This document shows positions 8,550 to 19,159 of a stretch of DNA of 64,000 nt, piece after piece (position 1 is the stretch's first letter; the number at the start of each line of letters is the position of its first letter). Source of the DNA: Candidatus Poribacteria bacterium. Lineage in GTDB: Bacteria > Poribacteria > WGA-4E > WGA-3G. Location of the stretch: positions 96,001 to 160,000 of the forward strand of contig CBDBFU010000020.1 in NCBI GenBank assembly GCA_965205025.1. Direction: 5' to 3'. Made by a program: the position numbers and the translations under genes. Below the pieces are notes generated by a model. It saw only the letters and a program-made list of their open reading frames with translations. It was not told where the DNA came from and did no database searches.

Positions 8550-11013
8550 ATGAAAGATAAAATAACCATCTTATTATTAGTTATTATTTTATTTTTGACT
8601 TTTTGGATTCGTGTTCAGGGCGTTGAACGGATTCCAGCGGGTCAATTTACGGAGAACGATGCGTATACGTATTATTGGCAATCGGGTATTATAGCAGAGC
8701 AGGGTAGGTTACCAGTCCGTGATATGTCTCGTTGGTTGCCAGTGGGCCGTGATAATGGTCAGTTGTTTTCGTTTTATGCCTATGCGTTAGGGTATTTGTC
8801 CAAACTTTTTCCGTGGGTGTCGCGATATACCATTCAGATTTATCTTCCTGTCTTTTGCTTCACTTTGATTGTAGGGCTTATTTTTGTGTTCTTTTGGCGT
8901 ACTGACGGTGAGTTATTTACGTTGATTGTAGGGGTGGTGCTTGCGACATTGCCTGGAAGTATTAGTCGGAGTGCAGTCGGGTTTGGTGATAGGGATACGT
9001 GGTGTTATCTGTTTGGTGCTCTTGCTATTTTTGGATATCTATTTAAAGAGCGTATGGAAGTAGGTATTCATAGAACAATTGTGAATTGTTTGTGTGGGTT
9101 GGTAGTATTTATTGGCGGTCTTTCTTGGGAGGCGTTTGGTGTATTTGTTTTAGTTATTGTGTCTTTGGAAATATGGAAGTTTTGTCGTGAGGAAGGAATT
9201 GAGAGTTATAGTGAGTACTTAATATGGGTGCTAATGTTTGTTCCTGGATTACTGCTTATCAGTCCAGCATATAGAAACGGTTACGGTTTTTCTGCACATG
9301 TGGGCGCGTTATTGATATTTCCTGTTTTGACGGTCTTAGTGATACGTGTTATTCGCCAGTTGTGTTTTAAATATGTAAAGGTTGTTCGTTTACATAAGAA
9401 AAAACTTGTTTGGGGTCTAACTTTATTTTCGTTTTTGCTTGGGATAGGGTATATCGTTCTTCAATCAGGAAGTTTTGCATCGACAGTTTTTTCTTTTCAA
9501 GAGAGTCGTTTGATGCAAAATGTAGGTGAGTTACAGGATCCGCATTTTAGGTATTGGTATTGGCGGTACGGATCTATCTATATTTTAGGGAGTATTGGTT
9601 TTATTGTTTGTTCCGTTATTCTATGGGGTCGTTTTGGTGTTGTACTCGCGGCATCTGTTTTATTATTTGTGTTGACGACATTCTTTCGGTGGCCTGTAAG
9701 TGATGTTATTGGTGAGAATATTTGTGATGTTCTATTCATGGTTTCATTGTGTTTAACAGGAATTAGTGTCGGTATTGCTTCTTTGCGAGAATCACAAAAA
9801 AAAGAGGTATATGTTGTATTGGCGATGTTGATGTGGTTTGTAATATGGGTATCATTTGCGCGTGGTGGCAAACGGTTTGACTTCTTTATAGGTTTGCCAC
9901 TTGCGTATGGAACCGCATGGCTTTTGTATTCATCACCCGTGTATGTTATAGAGAAGTTAAAAGAAATTGGAGTGATTTATAGGGAACGTCTTAATGGTAT
10001 GCACGTAGCTGTTGTATTTTCTATTGTCGTATTAGTGCCAGTGTTATTTGTAGATGTATTGGGAGGGCATGTTAATCGTTCTGTTCATGCTTCGGCAGAG
10101 ATGAAAAAACCTATTCCTGGTGTGAATGATGTTGCAGAGGCGTTTGAATGGATCAAAGAGAATTTGAATGAAAATGTTGTGATGGCAGCAAATTGGCCAC
10201 ATGGAACGCAGCTGAATGTGCTTGGGAATGTAAAAACGGTTGTAGATTCGGATCATTATCTGCCACATTGGATACATTTGTACTATAGACATGTGTTTTG
10301 TGCTCAGGATCCGTATGAAGCGTTAAGTTTTTTGAAAACACATAATGCAACCCATTTGATGATGACCGAGTGGGAGGTGATTTCTCGTTCACATGTATAT
10401 TCTTATATTGGTAGTAATGCGGATAATGATAGACGATTTCGGTTACACAAGTTTGTTCGGGTTGATGGACCTATCGGTGAACCCTATCAGTTAGAACCTG
10501 AATCTGATCGAATGCCAATAGCATTTATTGATTTTGTTTCCAAAACAGGAACACGTGAACCTGGAACACACGGACCTGTTGAAATTGGCAAGCAACAGAA
10601 GTTAGGATTTACGATTCACTTGAAAACAGATGAGAACTTAACAGGGGACCTGGCTATTACGTTTGGAAAAGAGTCTATCCGTACAGTGAGTATGGGCAGT
10701 AGTGGGTTAGTGTTTTACTTTGATCGTAATGGTGTCCTAAAACAGGGGTATTTATTGTCCTCTCGTGGGTGGGAAAGTCTGGCAATAGAACTATTTTTGA
10801 GAAATAAAGCATGAGGAGTTTTTTATTCCGATGTATCCTATGGAGAACTTTAAAACAAGTGATGTAAAGATATGGAAAATTAATTATCCTGACTCTATTA
10901 AAGCGGATCCGAAATATCTTGTGACTGCTCCTGTGAATTCTGAAACAGATGACAATTCTCATGTTCCAAATGACCATTCCCATGATATAGATGAGCATTC
11001 GCATGAACACTAA
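8550..11013 (+). CDS. STT3/PglB/AglB-like oligosaccharyltransferase; one frameshift at ~10808
   Basis: Many TM helices; FTENDAY, SRSAVGFGDRD, VGELQ and MAANWPHG (WWDYG position); removing one A joins ELFLRNK to HEEFFIPMYP...KIWKINYP. Confidence 0.75.
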
Positions 11014-11722
11014 TAAGAATTTTATATCAATAGTCATGCCTTGTTTGAATGAGGAGGAGACACTTGGTATTTGTATTGAAAAAACACAATCTACTTTGAA
11101 AATGTTAGAATTTTTCGGAGAAGTAATTGTATCTGATAACGGTTCCACCGATGCCTCTGTAGAAATTGCTGAACGTCTCGGTGCGCGCGTAGTGCATCAA
11201 CCTACACGCGGCTACGGTGCCGCCTATCTTGCAGGCTTCGCCGCCGCACAAGGACAATACATCGTCATGGGAGACTCCGATGATACATACGATTTCACAG
11301 ATTTAGAAAGGTTTATCACCCCGCTTCAAAACGGTTACGATCTTGTCATCGGAAATCGGTTCAAAGGGACAATCCTTCCAGGTGCAATGCCATGGGCAAG
11401 ACGCTACATCGGCAATCCCGTTTTATCTGGTATGCTGCGTGTCCTTTTTGGTACATATATTTCAGATTCACACTGTGGGATGCGATCATTCACTGCCGAG
11501 GCATATAAACGGATGGATTTGAAAACAACAGGTATGGAATTCGCCTCTGAAATGGTCATCAAGGCAATACAGACCGAGTTGAAAATACTTGAAATTCCCA
11601 TCACCTATCATCCCCGTGGCGGCGAGTCTAAACTCAATGCCATACGGGACGCCCTCCGACATCTACGCTTTATGTTCCAATATAAACTGACATCTGCCAA
11701 AAAACATGCACGCGACAAATGA
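10991..11722 (+). CDS. GT2 glycosyltransferase, DPM1-like polyprenol-phosphate glycosyltransferase
   Basis: SIVMPCLNEE, VSDNGSTD, RGYGAA, MGDSDDTYD, ISDSHCGMR, GMEFASEM; probable start 11003. Confidence 0.9.
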   Translation: MSIRMNTNKNFISIVMPCLNEEETLGICIEKTQSTLKMLEFFGEVIVSDNGSTDASVEIAERLGARVVHQPTRGYGAAYLAGFAAAQGQYIVMGDSDDTYDFTDLERFITPLQNGYDLVIGNRFKGTILPGAMPWARRYIGNPVLSGMLRVLFGTYISDSHCGMRSFTAEAYKRMDLKTTGMEFASEMVIKAIQTELKILEIPITYHPRGGESKLNAIRDALRHLRFMFQYKLTSAKKHARDK

Positions 11723-12281
11723 ACTGCCAAAAATACCGAAGAAACTGATAGATAGACTTCTTGAATACTTACGATTTAAGACGGCAAAAAGGTATATCTA
11801 CAGAGACAGTCGGGTTTTAGACGTTGGCACTGGAGATGGCACATTCCTACAATATCTCAATGGACACATAAGTTCAGGAACCGGCATTGATCCACTTTTC
11901 ACACACGCTATACATTTTGAGAATTACACTCTCTGCCCAGGTGTGTTCCCGCACGATTTTTATACCGAAGAACAATTTGATGTTATCACACTCCTTGCTG
12001 TCGTAGAACATATCCCTGAAACCGAACTACAGCATGTAGCAGAAGCCTGCTATAATTATCTCACGCCAAAAGGACGTATCATCATCACTGTCCCACACCC
12101 CTTTGCTGATAAGATACTCAATATATTGAAGGCTCTTAGAGTGATAAATGGACTATCGCTTGAACAACATTATGGGTTCAATCCCGAACAATTGACCGAT
12201 ATTTTCAACAAGTGGAAACTGATCAAAAAAGAAAGGTGGGAGCTCGGATTGAATTATCTGTTTATCTTTGAAAAATATTAG
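11706..12281 (+). CDS. Class I SAM-dependent methyltransferase
   Basis: VLDVGTGDG, FDVITLLAVVEHI, LTPKGRIIITVP. Confidence 0.9.
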   Translation: MHATNELPKIPKKLIDRLLEYLRFKTAKRYIYRDSRVLDVGTGDGTFLQYLNGHISSGTGIDPLFTHAIHFENYTLCPGVFPHDFYTEEQFDVITLLAVVEHIPETELQHVAEACYNYLTPKGRIIITVPHPFADKILNILKALRVINGLSLEQHYGFNPEQLTDIFNKWKLIKKERWELGLNYLFIFEKY

Positions 12282-12669
12282 ACAGAATCAATTCAACGAT
12301 AATAAAAACGATCCGACTGATTAACAATAGGTGTCAATTTAGTACGGATATATTTGATACAAGACAATTGGTCTACCCACTTTCAAGCGAACTTATTGGA
12401 AGCACTTCTCCAGCAAACAGTGTCGTTTGTGAAGCCCGGGGAATGCCATAAGGCATTCATACCGTTGATTTCTTGATTTCTTGATTCCTTTAGATTCCGA
12501 TCCTCAATTCTTACATTTCTTCTGTATGAGGGATTCCAATCCCCGATCTTCTCCTCTTCTGTGGGAGGGGATTCCAATCCCCGATCTTAACTACAAACGT
12601 ATCGTGATACGAAGAACATACCTTCCAGTGCGTTAATGCCAACAACTTTATACACCCAAAGACAATTTA

Positions 12670-13575
12670 TAGTAAACTTTAGAATTAATGATACATGTTT
12701 ATAACTTCATCAATGGTTATATCAGCATTGTATTCTCTGAGACGTTTGATATTCGCAAAGTCGTGTTCAATCGGGTTGTAGTCCGGTGAATAAGGTGGTA
12801 AAAACAATACCTCTGCTCCCGATGCTTCTATCAACTCACGCGTCCGAAGCGTCTTGTGGATCTTCGCATTATCAAGAACAACCACGTCTGAGACAGACAG
12901 CCGTGGACATAAATAGGCTTCAAGCCACGCATTGAAACACGCAGAATCGCAGCTTCCATCAAACAAACAAGGTGCCGTAAAAGTCGAACCGATACGCGCT
13001 GCGACCAGCGTCGTTGTTCGTGTTCTTGTGCCTGAGATCAAACCTAAGACACATTCACCTTTCGGGGCATAGCCATGACGCCTATAACTTTCAGCACGAA
13101 AAACCGCATTCATCAACATAAACTATCTTTTTACCAGCGGCGTGTTTCTCGGTGAGTGTCTGACGGTAGCCCCTACGTTTCTCATCGCACCGCTCCTTAT
13201 ATCCGATTGTTTTTTTTTCGTGTGATGCCGAGTTTCCGCAACCCATAGGCTATAGAAGACTCTGAAACACCGAAATGTGAGGCGCGTTCGTTTTGCGTCA
13301 AGTCTGGGAAATCAGCGACATGTTTTTTCAGTGCTGCCTCGTCAAGCACTCTCATGCTTTTGGGCCCCGGTTTTTGGGTCGAAAGCGGGTCTTCAGCGGC
13401 TAACCATCTATAAATCGTTGAACGATTCAGAGAAAAACGACGGGCAGCTTCGGCTTTTTTCCCGCCAGCTTCAATAAAATCTAAAACGCGTTTGCGTAAA
13501 TCTGTTGAATATGCCATAATAGACACATTCTACTACAAAATACAAAAAATGTCTCTTTAATTCTGATAGTCACTA
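12670..13575 (-). mobile_element. IS630-family element type B, copy 1 (two ORFs, A9 slippery site; extra +1 in orfB)
   Basis: Ends TAGTAAACTTTAGAATTAA / TTAATTCTGATAGTCACTA; TA duplication confirmed by the empty site GACAATTTAGTATTC at ~3536 and ~6832; MAYSTDLR HTH, VDE, LDNA, LPPYSPDYNPIE. Confidence 0.9.
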
Positions 13576-13748
13576 TAGTATTCTTCGGTAGGTTATATAT
13601 GTATTAAAGGTAAATTCCAATGTTCCTTAAGGCCATTTATAAAGTTAATAATACAATGATTTTTATGGCTTAAAAATTAATTTTATGTCGGAATTCTTCC
13701 CAAATCTACGTCATGCTCAATAAAGGCAGTGATGTTTTCACTTAAGCA

Positions 13749-13836
13749 GATAATTGAAAAATTAGGTATCTCCCCGCATAACATTGAAGTGTGCGTGAGA
13801 CGTGTGATAAAGCGGTGGAAGAAAACCGTAACGTAA
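13749..13836 (+). pseudogene. 3' fragment of the ECF sigma gene (cassette copy 3)
   Basis: DNA matches ~4706-4793 (EKLG.SP..IEV.V.RVIKRWKKTVT*). Confidence 0.75.
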
Positions 13837-14030
13837 AACGCCGCTACAAAAGTTAAGCGTGAGAGTAATTGATTTATTTTATTTTGATAAATTACGGGAG
13901 AAATGATACAATTTGCAAAATACTACCGCATGAATGAGGGTAAACAAGCACGATTCGGATAGTATTTCCAAATTGCATTTTCTCCTTCTACTCACATTGA
14001 CTTCCGACACGGAAGTTTGAAAGGAAGGAA

Positions 14031-14444
14031 ATGAAAATGACAAATACGATCAGGTTGCTAAAACTAAACACGAATTTGCTCAGCATGATAAGTCTCATTG
14101 TGCTGCTTACAATCATATTCCCAACAGTTTATTCGATTGCAATGCATGATTGCGACGAAGCAAGAGAGGATCTTGAGGCAGCTCATAGGACACTTCAAAA
14201 AGAAAGATCAGATTTACACATTGCGCAATTTTTGTATTCCGCTGCATTGCTAACCAGAAATCCAATTCTTATACATGTAGCGAGGGCTAACTTGGATAGA
14301 GCAGAAGAACAATTTGAGAAAGCGAAAAAAGATCATTTATTAAAATGGTTAGCTTACTTTAGTTGTATATACGACGATCATAGTGATGATGAAGGTGGAG
14401 CAGATGCCGGCGGTTGTGATAGTGGTGGGGATACTCCTGCCTAA
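14031..14444 (+). CDS. Secreted helical-hairpin protein with an acidic C-terminal GGAxxGGC tail
   Basis: Signal peptide (..VYSIA/MHDC), amphipathic helices, tail DDHSDDEGGADAGGCDSGGDTPA; AAGGAAGGA RBS. Confidence 0.75.
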   Translation: MKMTNTIRLLKLNTNLLSMISLIVLLTIIFPTVYSIAMHDCDEAREDLEAAHRTLQKERSDLHIAQFLYSAALLTRNPILIHVARANLDRAEEQFEKAKKDHLLKWLAYFSCIYDDHSDDEGGADAGGCDSGGDTPA

Positions 14445-14487
14445 AAGTTGTGTTGATTGGAAACCACTAAAGTCCGTTTTATCTTTG

Positions 14488-14521
14488 TGATATGTTCTCT
14501 TTTTTGAAAGAGAACATATCA
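14488..14521 (+). terminator. Stem-loop after the secreted-protein gene
   Basis: TGATATGTTCTCTT...AAGAGAACATATCA. Confidence 0.55.
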
Positions 14522-14552
14522 AATTTATACAAAATTTAGGAGATTAATCCTG

Positions 14553-15251
14553 ATGAAAACTCAACGAAACGTAACAGGACATATTGTGATAGGAACAATT
14601 TGCCTTGCAGTATTGGGTTGTGTAACATGGTACTTTGTTTTTTATCGATCTCAGTTAAACGTTGATCCAATAAAAAAGTATAACACTATTACCTTTACAC
14701 AAAAAGATTCTGTTGAAACATTTGAAAAATCTGTATCATCCGCATTGGATACTGCAGATACAGAAGGTATCAGGGATACTTTGAGTAAAGCTGAAACTGC
14801 TGTCAGGTCAAATTCCGAAAACTCCAGTAATGTAGTCTTTCCGGTTGATGAGAACCGAAAGATAAACTCCGAACAAGATGCACAGAAAAGCACAGCAGAC
14901 TCTACAAAAGATGCAGAAATTATGAGGATCCTGATGGAAGCAGAGAAGCTTCAAAAGTTGACAGATGACACCCTGGCACGACATAAACAATTCATGGAAA
15001 TTCTAGACACGGTACCTATCTCCCAACACCAAGGGAAATTACCTGAGAATGTAGTCGAAAATCTACTTAATCAACTTGTGCCCAATTTGGTTGAGGAATT
15101 GAACACACTTTCTGCAACAGAGCAACGCAAACTTATTACTCAGTTGCGCCCATTGATGAAAACAATGGTTGGCGCGCATACCCAGGAGTCCGATTCAGTC
15201 GATGTTCTCTTAAAAATGCTTCATGCACATGGGTTTGAACCGAAGTTTTGA
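14553..15251 (+). CDS. N-terminally membrane-anchored hypothetical protein
   Basis: AGGAG RBS, single TM helix, Ser/Thr-rich linker, helical C-domain. Confidence 0.75.
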   Translation: MKTQRNVTGHIVIGTICLAVLGCVTWYFVFYRSQLNVDPIKKYNTITFTQKDSVETFEKSVSSALDTADTEGIRDTLSKAETAVRSNSENSSNVVFPVDENRKINSEQDAQKSTADSTKDAEIMRILMEAEKLQKLTDDTLARHKQFMEILDTVPISQHQGKLPENVVENLLNQLVPNLVEELNTLSATEQRKLITQLRPLMKTMVGAHTQESDSVDVLLKMLHAHGFEPKF

Positions 15252-15268
15252 GAATGGAGAGTAACTTT

Positions 15269-15532
15269 ATGAAGGACAATTTCTTCGTATATGGCGTTGG
15301 CATCCTTGCAATCGTTGGTGTCCTCGTTTGCTTTATCGGATACGCAACAAATACGGCGTCTATGTACACACCAAAGCAGACAACTGCTATTACAACAACC
15401 GCTGGAAAGAAGAAAAACTGCAAATGCTGTTCAAAGCGGTTGGAACGCGTCAAAAAAGCTAATAAAGATTTACTTGAACGCAACCCTGTCTTGAAAAAAG
15501 CCTTAACTGCAATCGAACACGAGACACAATAG
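15269..15532 (+). CDS. Small membrane protein with a CxCC motif
   Basis: TM helix followed by KKKNCKCCSKR; GGAG upstream of MKDNFF. Confidence 0.6.
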   Translation: MKDNFFVYGVGILAIVGVLVCFIGYATNTASMYTPKQTTAITTTAGKKKNCKCCSKRLERVKKANKDLLERNPVLKKALTAIEHETQ

Positions 15533-15662
15533 GCGCGAAGGAATCACAAGACACCTGGGTTTCCAAAACGCTGGATCGCCTCTGCTATCAGTACCTTGTC
15601 TTGTCCATAAATGTGCTATTGAATTCGGGTGTAGAACCTATCCCTGAAAAATTGAAATTAGG

Positions 15663-18081
15663 ATGCAATTACCTCCTTATCTTCGCAAAATCCTTGTCTG
15701 TGTCCTACTTTTATACCTCATGTTTCTCACTTTTGGGATACGTATCCAAGGTGTAGAATATCTCCCAGCAGGACAATTTACAGAAAACGATGCTTTCCTT
15801 TATCAGTGGATGGCGGAGATAATTGCAGAAAACGGCACCCTTCCGCCACGCGATACACATCGCTGGCTTCCCCTCGGCAGAGATAACGGTCAATTGTTAC
15901 CACTCTATTCTTATGCCATCGCCTATACGCATAAAACGTTGGCATGGAATCTTCCCTACACTCACACGGTATCACATTCAACTCTACATCACCGCTATCT
16001 GTTTTACATTAGGGCTTGGCGTGCTTATGCCTTTTGCTTATCCGCACCCACGGGCTGCTATTTGCGTCCATCGTTAGCGCTGCTGTTGGCAACGTTACCG
16101 GGAAGTGTAGAGCGAAGTGCTGCTGGTTTTGGCGATCGCGATGCATGGTGCTGGATGTTTGGCGTACTCGCTGTCGCTGTTTACCTGTGGAAAGAACAAA
16201 TTCCATTAAACCCTTCTGTCATGAGGGAAAGAGGGGTTCCTGAAAAGGAAGGTAAGGGGATTAGTAATTGGCTTAGATATTTCGCTACCGCGCCTTGCTA
16301 GGATTTATCGTCTTCTTGGGTGGACTCTCATGGGAAAGTTTCGGGCTTTTTGTTTTAATTATTCTCTGTACAGAACTCTGGAAATTTTGCACTACAGAGA
16401 CAGAATCTCACCTAAAAGAGTACCTTATATGGATAGCTCATGTTCGTTCCGGGACTCTATCTCATCAGTCCTGCCTATCGGAGCGGATATACTTATGCAA
16501 CGCATCTGGCTGCGCTAACACTTGCCCCACCAATTGCAGTTTTTATCATGCGTGGACTGAGATACCTACTGCTTGAAGTATTACCCATCGCTACGTCTGC
16601 ATGCACGGAAACTCGCGGGAGGACTCACCTTGTTCGGCATCGGAATAGGAATTGGTTATATTCTGCTGCAATCCGGTACATTCGAGAATACCGCGTTCAT
16701 CTTCCGAGAAAACCGACTCATGAAGGACATGACAGAACTTGCTGATCCAAATTTCGGATATTGGCCCAGCCCGGTACGGCACCGTCTTTATGTTAGGTAG
16801 TCTCGGCTTGATACTTGGGAGTCTTGTACCTCTGGAAGCAGCGCGGGATTCCTGTTGCCATAGCGCTTTCACTTTTCACCGCAACAACATTTTTCCGATG
16901 GCCCCTGAGTGAGTTGGTTGGAGGAGGAAGCTGCGATATACTCTTTCTCGTTTCACTGGGACTCACGGCTATCACTCTCGCAATTGCATGTTTGCGAAAA
17001 GAAACAGCGAAAAATGAATTGGTAACGGTTATAATGGTTTGTATGGTTTGTTTTGTGGGTGGCACTTTCACGTGGTGCAAAACGTTATGATTTCTTCATA
17101 GGTGTACCTCTTGCATACGGCACCGCATGGCTCTTGTGGCAGTTGCCGGCAACACTCACACAACAATTCAAAAAACCGCAGTGGATACCCGTTACAATTG
17201 CAATTGCCGTTTTAATACCTGTCCTGTTTTGGACTCCTTTCGGTGGGCATGCAAACAGAGCTGTTCCTTCCGCCGCTTACTGGCGAAAACCGCTTCCCGG
17301 AACAGGAGATATCGCGCAAGCACTCAACTGGATAAAAACATCGCTTCCACAAGATACAGTCATGGCAGCAAACTGGAGTTATGGCAGCAGACTTAACGTC
17401 TTCGGTGGTGTCAAAACCATCACCGATCAGGATACGTTTCTCCCACACTGGATACACCTCTATTACCGACATGTCTACTGTGCACAAGACGTACGAGAAG
17501 CACTTGAATTCCTCAAAACCCACGGTGCTACGCATCTCATGCTCAGAGAGTGGGGATTGATTGACCGTGCCTTTACCTATTCTTATATCGGCAGCGATGA
17601 AATCGGTGATAAAAGATTCGGATTTACCCGCCTTGTTCAACTTGGATACAAACATCTCTCAAAGATAGAACAAACGCCTTTTCTGTACGTTGAAGAACCT
17701 GATATCGCATCACCACCTGATTTCATAACAGCACGTTTGAAAGAGGGAGGGATTGCGCGGCTCCCGTATGTGGCGTTCAAAGGTAGCAAACGCCATATCC
17801 ACAAAACTGCACTTGACGAAAATCCATACGGAAACATCATCCTTTATTACGATGAAGATGGTGCACTTGAAAAGGCGTACCACATTTCTAATCTCGGCTG
17901 GCAAAGCCTTGCTGTCCGTCTCTATTTTCTCGAGGACTTCTCCAACATCTTTGCCCCTATCTATCCTACAAATGGTGAAGATACCGCTCCTCTTAAGATA
18001 TGGGAAATTCGTTATCCACCTGACATAAAAACCGATGACAAATATCTTGCTATGGAGCCAAACGAACAAGCCAAAGAATAG
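15663..18081 (+). pseudogene. Second STT3-like oligosaccharyltransferase with multiple frameshifts (real decay or assembly error)
   Basis: Fragments in different frames: FTENDAFLY, RSAAGFGDRDAW, LGGLSWESFG, MTELAD, RGAKRYDFF, MAANWSYG, HWIHLYYRHV, KIWEIRYP. Confidence 0.8.
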
Positions 18082-18687
18082 ATGGCAAACTCTATTACCC
18101 GATTTCTCAAAAACAGAAAGTTTCAACAAGGTGATCAGTATCCCAGAAAACCCCTGGATTCCTTCCTTGAATATCTGCGATTTACGAAAGTCGAACCGTA
18201 CATTCCGATAGGTGCGCGTCTTTTGGACGTTGGGACTGGAGACGGAAACTTTTTACGTTATCTCAATGATAGTCTACATACCGGTATAGGAATTGACTCA
18301 CATCTCACACAAACTGTAGAATTTGGGTCGTGTTGTCTTATGCCTGGATATTTTCCAAATGACTTCATTCGAGATGAAACCTTTGATGTTATCACGATGC
18401 TTGCAGTCGTAGAACACATCCCGATGCATGTTCTCCCCTCGGTTGCAGATGCTTGCTGGAAATATCTAAACCCAGAAGGACGACTCATTATTACAGTGCA
18501 ACACCCGCGTGTTGAGAAACTTCTTGACTTGCTAAAAGCACTAAAGATTGTTGAAGGATTCTCAATACATGAGCATTATGGATTCAATCCAGAGTGTCTA
18601 CCGGAGATTTTCACCCGATGGAAACTCGTGAAAAGGGAACGTTGGGGATTTGGAAATAATAATCTATTCATATTTGAAAAACCCTAA
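18082..18687 (+). CDS. Class I SAM-dependent methyltransferase (paralogue of 11706..12281)
   Basis: LLDVGTGDG, FDVITMLAVVEHIP, EHYGFNPE. Confidence 0.9.
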   Translation: MANSITRFLKNRKFQQGDQYPRKPLDSFLEYLRFTKVEPYIPIGARLLDVGTGDGNFLRYLNDSLHTGIGIDSHLTQTVEFGSCCLMPGYFPNDFIRDETFDVITMLAVVEHIPMHVLPSVADACWKYLNPEGRLIITVQHPRVEKLLDLLKALKIVEGFSIHEHYGFNPECLPEIFTRWKLVKRERWGFGNNNLFIFEKP

Positions 18688-18749
18688 TGGTAAATATACA
18701 ATTCTTGATACACTAACAATAGTTTGGACAGTTTTTAATGTTCCCAGAT

Positions 18750-19017
18750 TATAGTAGAATCCATAATTATTTGGATAGGGCGGTAGGTTCGGTTTCCCGG
18801 GGAATGCCATACGGCATTCATACCGTTGATTCACCGAACCTGTGTTCATCGTGCGGTTAGAAACCGCACCTACCAGGTGAGTGTAAACATATTTTGGAAT
18901 TTTACTATAAACTATAGTAAAGCTTAGAAATAAATACACACTTTCGCCCTCCCACGGTAGGCACGGTTTCTAACCGTGCTGGTGCAAAGTGTCTCATTAA
19001 TACTAAGATCCACCATA
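18750..19017. mobile_element. Two adjacent MITEs with IS630-B-like TATAGTA ends carrying GTAG REP hairpins
   Basis: 18750-18909 (TATAGTAGAATCCA...TGGAATTTTACTATA) and 18913-19017 (TATAGTAAAGCTTAG...CTAAGATCCACCATA). Confidence 0.6.
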
Positions 19018-19159
19018 AATTGGCTTTTCTGATCTGCTATTAATGTAAACTAATTAAGTAAAATTGGTATAATAGATACATCAATCACACACGAATCAGC
19101 ACCGATTCCACTGAATAATATATTTCATGAATTAATTTCTATAAGAGTAAGGAGGCAAA

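Noticed and set aside
10812-10814. UGA read-through at the end of the STT3-like ORF
   Set aside because: The homologous C-terminus continues in another frame, so this is a frameshift rather than Sec recoding
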